Below are positions 8,078 through 12,171 of a DNA stretch of 12,171 nucleotides, in pieces. The DNA lies in NCBI GenBank assembly GCA_043228905.1, contig JBHGNT010001091.1, positions 1 through 12,171 on the forward strand, read 5' to 3'. Below the pieces are notes generated by a model, which did no database searches, was not told the origin of the DNA, and saw nothing but the letters and a program-made list of their open reading frames with translations. The translations under genes and the position numbers were made by a program. The stretch is from Azolla caroliniana (Eukaryota; Plantae; Polypodiophyta). Position 1 is the first letter of the stretch. Each line of letters begins with the position of its first letter.

Positions 8078-10051
8078 TCATATTTCCGGGTCCAGGGACT
8101 TGATGTATGCTATCCACCTGAGCATCGCCAGGTCCGGTGTAGCGCATCCGGAAACCATGCCGAGAATTGGGAGGCAATCCATCTCGATAATCACTTCTGT
8201 CCCGATCAGGTAGTCTTTGTCAGCCTTTAATGCCGAAACGATACCCCAGAGTTCTCGTTTAACCTGGGCATACCCTCGTTGTCGCTCACTGAGGACCTTC
8301 GCGCCGAATCGGATCGGGAACCGAATGTCGTCCTCGTCTTCTTGGTTGACGACCCATCCGATCCCGGTCGGACTCGTATCCACCGTTATGTATACCGGGG
8401 TACCCTTCTCGTAGACAGCCTTCCGGAGCGCCGGTGATGCCGCAAGAGCTTCCTTCAGCTTCCGGACCGACTCCGTGTGCTCGTCTCGCCACTCGAATTT
8501 TTGCCCTTTCTTCAGCAACCCGTATAGCGGCTCCGCAACGTGGGCGTAATGCGGGATCCATACGTGGTAGAATGTGCACGCCCCCAGGAACCTCCGAACT
8601 TCTGTAACCGAGCTACAATCGGTCTTCATCGCGGAGATGGCTTCTACTTTTGCCGGAGACGGCTTCCGGCCATATGGTCCACATAGGTGTCCGACCACCA
8701 GGATTTCTGATTGCCCGAAGGCCGATTTCTCCCCGGAGAAGGTGAGCCTCGCACCCTCTAGCCTTTGTAGCACCCTTTCGCAGTCGTTGATATGTGTTGC
8801 CACGAATCGCCGGCATCCGTCCGGCCCGAGTGTCTCGTCTTTCTCTTCCAGTGGGCACCCCTTTATCGGGATATCGTCTAGAAACGGCATGGTGATGTCC
8901 GGGATGCAATCCCTCAGTACTTTGTTCATTGCATTCACCATGTGGGCCACCGAGTTGGTCCCTCCTTGTGGCATGGTACACATTCGCACTAGGCCGAGGG
9001 GAGTTCGCATCGTCGTAATGTCTCTGCTCTCCACGGCTAGCTGGAACTGGTCGTACCCCGAGTACAGATCACCGACCGAGTAAATCGACCTTCCGGCGAA
9101 GGCCTCCGCGAACTCGTCTATGGTCGGTCTGATTCCTGTGTTCCGAATGGTCACTCTGTTGACCGGCTGCAGGTCTTGAATGAAGCACAATGTTCCGTTT
9201 TTCTTTGGTACGGTAAACCATCGGTTCGAGTATGGGGCACTCGATGGTTCGAGAATGCCCATATCGACTTTCTGCCTCAATAGCTCCATCAACTTCGGGA
9301 TGTGAGCTCTCGGTACTGGAATCGGCTTGAGATTCCACGGCACATGCGGTACCGTGAATATCACCATTGGCTCCACGATTGTCGGGTCTACGCACCCGAT
9401 CTCCTCCGGTGAGAACGTGAAGGCTTTCCTGTGCCTTCCGAGCATTCTCCGAAACCGGTCTTCCTCCGCCGGCAGTAGGAACCCACCCCCACCGATTTTG
9501 AGCTCTCGGAGCGTCCCGTCGGTGAAGGTGTGTCCTATGCAGACCGGATCTCGTAAACTGGGGTCCGACGCAACCCCTCTGATTCGGGACTCGCTGCCCT
9601 CCGGTAAGGGTGCCGCAACTGGCCTTACCTTTCGGTCCACCGTCTTGTACTTCGTGCTAACCCGGGCCGTCCGATCCGACCTGAGCCCCTGACTGAAGTT
9701 CGCGATGACTTCGTACATCTCTTCGGAACATACCGGTATTGTCCGGTCTTCGTTAAGGCCTTCTCCGGCTACCTCCCTCAGCATTCCCAAGGTGTCGTCG
9801 AAGGAGACCGCCTCCACGGCTCCACTGATTTCCTCGTCCGGGCCAAGAACTCCGCACGCTCGAAGTCGCTCCTCCGCCCTTGCCTTTTCTCGGCCAACGA
9901 TGCCGACCATCACACACCCTCCGTTGTTGGAGAAGCAAAATTTCCTACCTATCGTACAAGGTTTCTTCGGTTTCGGTTCTATCGTACAGCTGTGGGGTCT
10001 TTCCCGAGTGTTCGGACTGCCTCGGCCCCACGCCTTGGCAGCCCTCTCTAA
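8078..10051 (-). CDS. pol: Reverse transcriptase and RNase H of element C (pol frame, open from the slippery site to the TGA at 8078)
   Basis: PYSNRWFTVPKKNG, QDLQPVN, DLYSGYDQ, MPQGGTNS, PFLDD (FLDD 8884-8873); RNase H VDTSPTGIG, YAQVKRELWG, EMDC. The frame of ORF 8078-9913 stays open upstream through 10051 (FLERAAKAWG...GGCVMVG). Confidence 0.93.
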   Translation of the reverse strand, partial: LERAAKAWGRGSPNTRERPHSCTIEPKPKKPCTIGRKFCFSNNGGCVMVGIVGREKARAEERLRACGVLGPDEEISGAVEAVSFDDTLGMLREVAGEGLNEDRTIPVCSEEMYEVIANFSQGLRSDRTARVSTKYKTVDRKVRPVAAPLPEGSESRIRGVASDPSLRDPVCIGHTFTDGTLRELKIGGGGFLLPAEEDRFRRMLGRHRKAFTFSPEEIGCVDPTIVEPMVIFTVPHVPWNLKPIPVPRAHIPKLMELLRQKVDMGILEPSSAPYSNRWFTVPKKNGTLCFIQDLQPVNRVTIRNTGIRPTIDEFAEAFAGRSIYSVGDLYSGYDQFQLAVESRDITTMRTPLGLVRMCTMPQGGTNSVAHMVNAMNKVLRDCIPDITMPFLDDIPIKGCPLEEKDETLGPDGCRRFVATHINDCERVLQRLEGARLTFSGEKSAFGQSEILVVGHLCGPYGRKPSPAKVEAISAMKTDCSSVTEVRRFLGACTFYHVWIPHYAHVAEPLYGLLKKGQKFEWRDEHTESVRKLKEALAASPALRKAVYEKGTPVYITVDTSPTGIGWVVNQEDEDDIRFPIRFGAKVLSERQRGYAQVKRELWGIVSALKADKDYLIGTEVIIEMDCLPILGMVSGCATPDLAMLRWIAYIKSLDPEI

Positions 10052-10057
10052 AAATCC
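9992..10057 (-). promoter_or_regulatory. Putative programmed -1 ribosomal frameshift signal (slippery heptamer plus pseudoknot)
   Basis: G_GAT_TTT (10057-10051) directly precedes the gag-pro TAG, and the -1 frame is the pol frame. 6-nt spacer; stem 1 GGGCTGCC (10044-10037)/GGCAGTCC (10021-10014); stem 2 GTGGGG (10031-10026)/CCCCAC (9997-9992). Confidence 0.75.
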
Positions 10058-10728
10058 TCCCGGTTCTCGCCACCGAGGGATTCGCGGTTTCGCTCGTGGT
10101 TCGGCCGCACCGTCAGAAATTGGACCGAATGGCGCCCGTCCTGGCTTTTGACCCTCGCGTAGGCCGAACCGTTGTCCAGCACCTTGGTCTCCATTCGCGC
10201 CGCCGTGATGTATGGTTCCCCTAATATGACCGGGTGTGATGACGTCTCCTGAACGAAGAAGTGCTGGTCAATCTCGACGTCGCCGATCTTGACTCGCACG
10301 TTCGGGCAGGCCCCGTGCAGTTCCTCGGTGGCGCACGTCGCCGCCCGTATCTTCCACCCGTGCTTGGTGTTGATCGGCCACTTTCCCTTCTTATAGAAGT
10401 CCATGGACATCAGGTTTATTTCCGAACCGTGGTCCACCAATGCCACCACCGGTTCCTGAACATCTCCGATCTTTACCGGGGTCTCCGTGGTCGCTTGGGC
10501 CCAGTGTGGCCTCGAATAGTGGCTCTCCGCCCACTCATCTTCCAGCGCCAAGTCGTCGATGTGCGTCGTCCGCACCTCCACCGGTCTTTCCGGTTCCGTC
10601 TCCGTTGACAGCCTCTTCCGCTTCACCAAGTCCACAATGGAGTCGTGGAACTCCTTCTTAGCAATCCCTAGCACCTCCCGCAATGACAGCTCCACTTTGC
10701 TGTCGAGGATCTGCTCTTCTAGGACCTT
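10048..10728 (-). CDS. Aspartic protease region of element C, in the gag reading frame
   Basis: VALVDHGSEINLMS (D at 10434) and HFFVQE..HPVILGEPY. Same frame as gag, separated only by the TGA at 10731-10729 (TDL*KVLEEQILDSKVELSLREVL). Confidence 0.85.
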   Translation of the reverse strand, partial: KVLEEQILDSKVELSLREVLGIAKKEFHDSIVDLVKRKRLSTETEPERPVEVRTTHIDDLALEDEWAESHYSRPHWAQATTETPVKIGDVQEPVVALVDHGSEINLMSMDFYKKGKWPINTKHGWKIRAATCATEELHGACPNVRVKIGDVEIDQHFFVQETSSHPVILGEPYITAARMETKVLDNGSAYARVKSQDGRHSVQFLTVRPNHERNRESLGGENREDF

Positions 10729-12147
10729 TCATAGGTCCGTGGTCCTTTCTATTTCCGTCCCCAGTCGGTATCCACCCTTCCTGGGGTTATCTTGCGCGCT
10801 GGACCCACCGGCATCGTTCCGTCGCTGCCCGAATCGGGTCTCGTATCGTTGTGAGGGCCCGGCCGCTCCGGCTTTCCCCACTCGTTTGTCTTCTACCAGA
10901 GCCTCGTAGTTCCGGCAGGCGGCATCTACGAAGCCCATCTTCTCCTCAACCGGGTCGCTCCACCCGGTTATTTCCCGAACCCGTCTCTCAGCGCGGTTCG
11001 CTTCATCTTTCCTCAGCCGTGCGCCAGCGAGGCCTTCCAACATTGCCGACAAGAATCCGTCTTTGCTCTCCTTTCGGGCCTCGCTGCCCCCGACCCGAAT
11101 ACCGGCCGACGCCGAGTAGTGGATGGCCTCCACGTGTCGGGCCGCTGCCTCTTCCATCAATCTCTTCATACCTCCTCGCCCGTCGTTCCGGTTTAGGGCC
11201 CTTCTGGTATCGTCGGCGTGCACCCGGCCTTCCCATAGGTACACCACCCGGTTCCTCAACGCCTCTGCGAAATCGCCGCAATCCTTCCGAATGTGGCCGA
11301 CCTCGTCGCACCACATGCACCTGTTCCCTGCTACCGGCCGTCGGTCACGAGCCGGTTCGCCGCCTTCCCTTCGAGTCTGGGCGATCTGGAGATCCTTTAT
11401 CGCCCGCGTCAACTCCTCCAGCGTTGCTCCTCCGGACGAGTCATTGACCATGCCGGTCGGAGCCGACCCGGTTTTGAGCCACTCCCAGGCTTCTGCCCTT
11501 CGCCCTTGCGGTGCCGATTCAAGCCTCCTTGCTGTGACAGAGCCCGCACCGGCCGCCCCGTTATCAGCCCATTCTCGCCGTTTGTCGAAACGGCCACAGA
11601 CTCTCTTAACCGCAGCCCAGTCGGTCGTCGGACCGTCTTCGGTTTCCAGCAAGGAGCCGACTTGATCCTGGTCCTGCTCGTCCACCGACTTGACGAGCAG
11701 TAGGAGCCGGCTCGTATCCAGAATGGTTCGGTCAAGCGCCGAAAGGCATGCAAAGCGTTTTTCAAACTCCCGGAGGACTGCCGACGCGTTTCTTCCCTTG
11801 CCGAGGGACTCCACCCATTCCATGAAGTCCCGTTTCGAAAGCCGGAGCGCGTCGTCCAGCCCGTATTTTTCTAGGAGTCGGCCTTTGAACTCCTCCCAGG
11901 TATGACTCTCCGCCCGTACCTCCAGCACCTCCGCATGGATGCTCGGCATCGCCACTCGAGGGAACCCGGCAAGACGCCTTTCTTCCGGAATGTCCCGCAT
12001 CAGCATTTCTGCCCCGTAGGACGCCAAATACTTCGTGGCATCCTTTCCGCTGAACCGGCCGATCGTACCGACGACCGCCTCAATGGCTCTATCGAGGGCG
12101 CCGGTGCCCTCGCGTGTGCTCAATATCCGATCCACGGCCGAAGCCAT
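10729..12147 (-). CDS. gag: Gag of element C with CCHC zinc knuckle
   Basis: 472-aa ORF. ATG in GAGGCCATGG context, though the frame is open to the window edge. RFSGKDATKYL capsid-like start; CMWCDEVGHIRKDC = CX2CX4HX4C (11319-11278). Confidence 0.88.
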   Translation of the reverse strand: MASAVDRILSTREGTGALDRAIEAVVGTIGRFSGKDATKYLASYGAEMLMRDIPEERRLAGFPRVAMPSIHAEVLEVRAESHTWEEFKGRLLEKYGLDDALRLSKRDFMEWVESLGKGRNASAVLREFEKRFACLSALDRTILDTSRLLLLVKSVDEQDQDQVGSLLETEDGPTTDWAAVKRVCGRFDKRREWADNGAAGAGSVTARRLESAPQGRRAEAWEWLKTGSAPTGMVNDSSGGATLEELTRAIKDLQIAQTRREGGEPARDRRPVAGNRCMWCDEVGHIRKDCGDFAEALRNRVVYLWEGRVHADDTRRALNRNDGRGGMKRLMEEAAARHVEAIHYSASAGIRVGGSEARKESKDGFLSAMLEGLAGARLRKDEANRAERRVREITGWSDPVEEKMGFVDAACRNYEALVEDKRVGKAGAAGPSQRYETRFGQRRNDAGGSSAQDNPRKGGYRLGTEIERTTDL

Positions 12148-12171
12148 GGCCTCTGCAAGATCCGACCCCCT

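Larger units (their letters stand above)
5861..12171 (-). mobile_element. Element C: young, GC-rich, non-chromovirus Ty3/gypsy LTR retrotransposon (5' LTR outside window)
   Basis: On the minus strand: gag with CCHC, protease, RT, RNase H, integrase, PPT and LTR. Only three apparent coding lesions (TGA 10729, TGA 8078, 1-bp loss near 7602). GC rises abruptly at 5861. Confidence 0.95.

Noticed and set aside
8078-8080. TGA in pol as a readthrough codon
   Set aside because: It falls inside RNase H before the conserved NAMADMLSR motif and is explained by CGA->TGA.
6240-11905. Many long plus-strand and alternate-frame ORFs over element C (e.g. 10683-11447, 11123-11665, 8574-9083, 6240-6821)
   Set aside because: They are shadow ORFs expected in GC-rich coding DNA, rich in Arg/Pro/Ser with no recognisable motifs.
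1-12171. Prokaryotic RT systems (retron, DGR, group II intron) or CRISPR arrays
   Set aside because: All three RTs are embedded in PR-RT-RH-IN polyproteins, and no repeat-spacer array was seen.

Overview
Eukaryotic transposon nest with no host gene, most likely from a non-seed plant such as a moss or lycophyte (host is inference). It holds three Ty3/gypsy LTR-retrotransposon segments. (A) 1-~2600, + strand, AT-rich: decayed chromovirus-type pol (protease, RT, RNase H, start of integrase), truncated. (B) ~2990-5860, + strand, AT-rich: a second, more decayed pol (protease C-terminus, RT, RNase H, integrase to the GPY/F motif). (C) 5861-12171, - strand, GC-rich and nearly intact, inserted into the integrase tail of B. 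C has a complete 621-bp 3' LTR (TGTCG...CGACA), a PPT, gag-protease and RT-RH-IN, and no chromodomain. Between A and B lie a tRNA-derived SINE-like sequence and a short LTR-like segment. The most notable signal is in C: protease sits in the gag frame, and RT-RH-IN is reached through an apparent programmed -1 frameshift (G_GAU_UUU_UAG, 6-nt spacer, H-type pseudoknot) placed after protease instead of before it.
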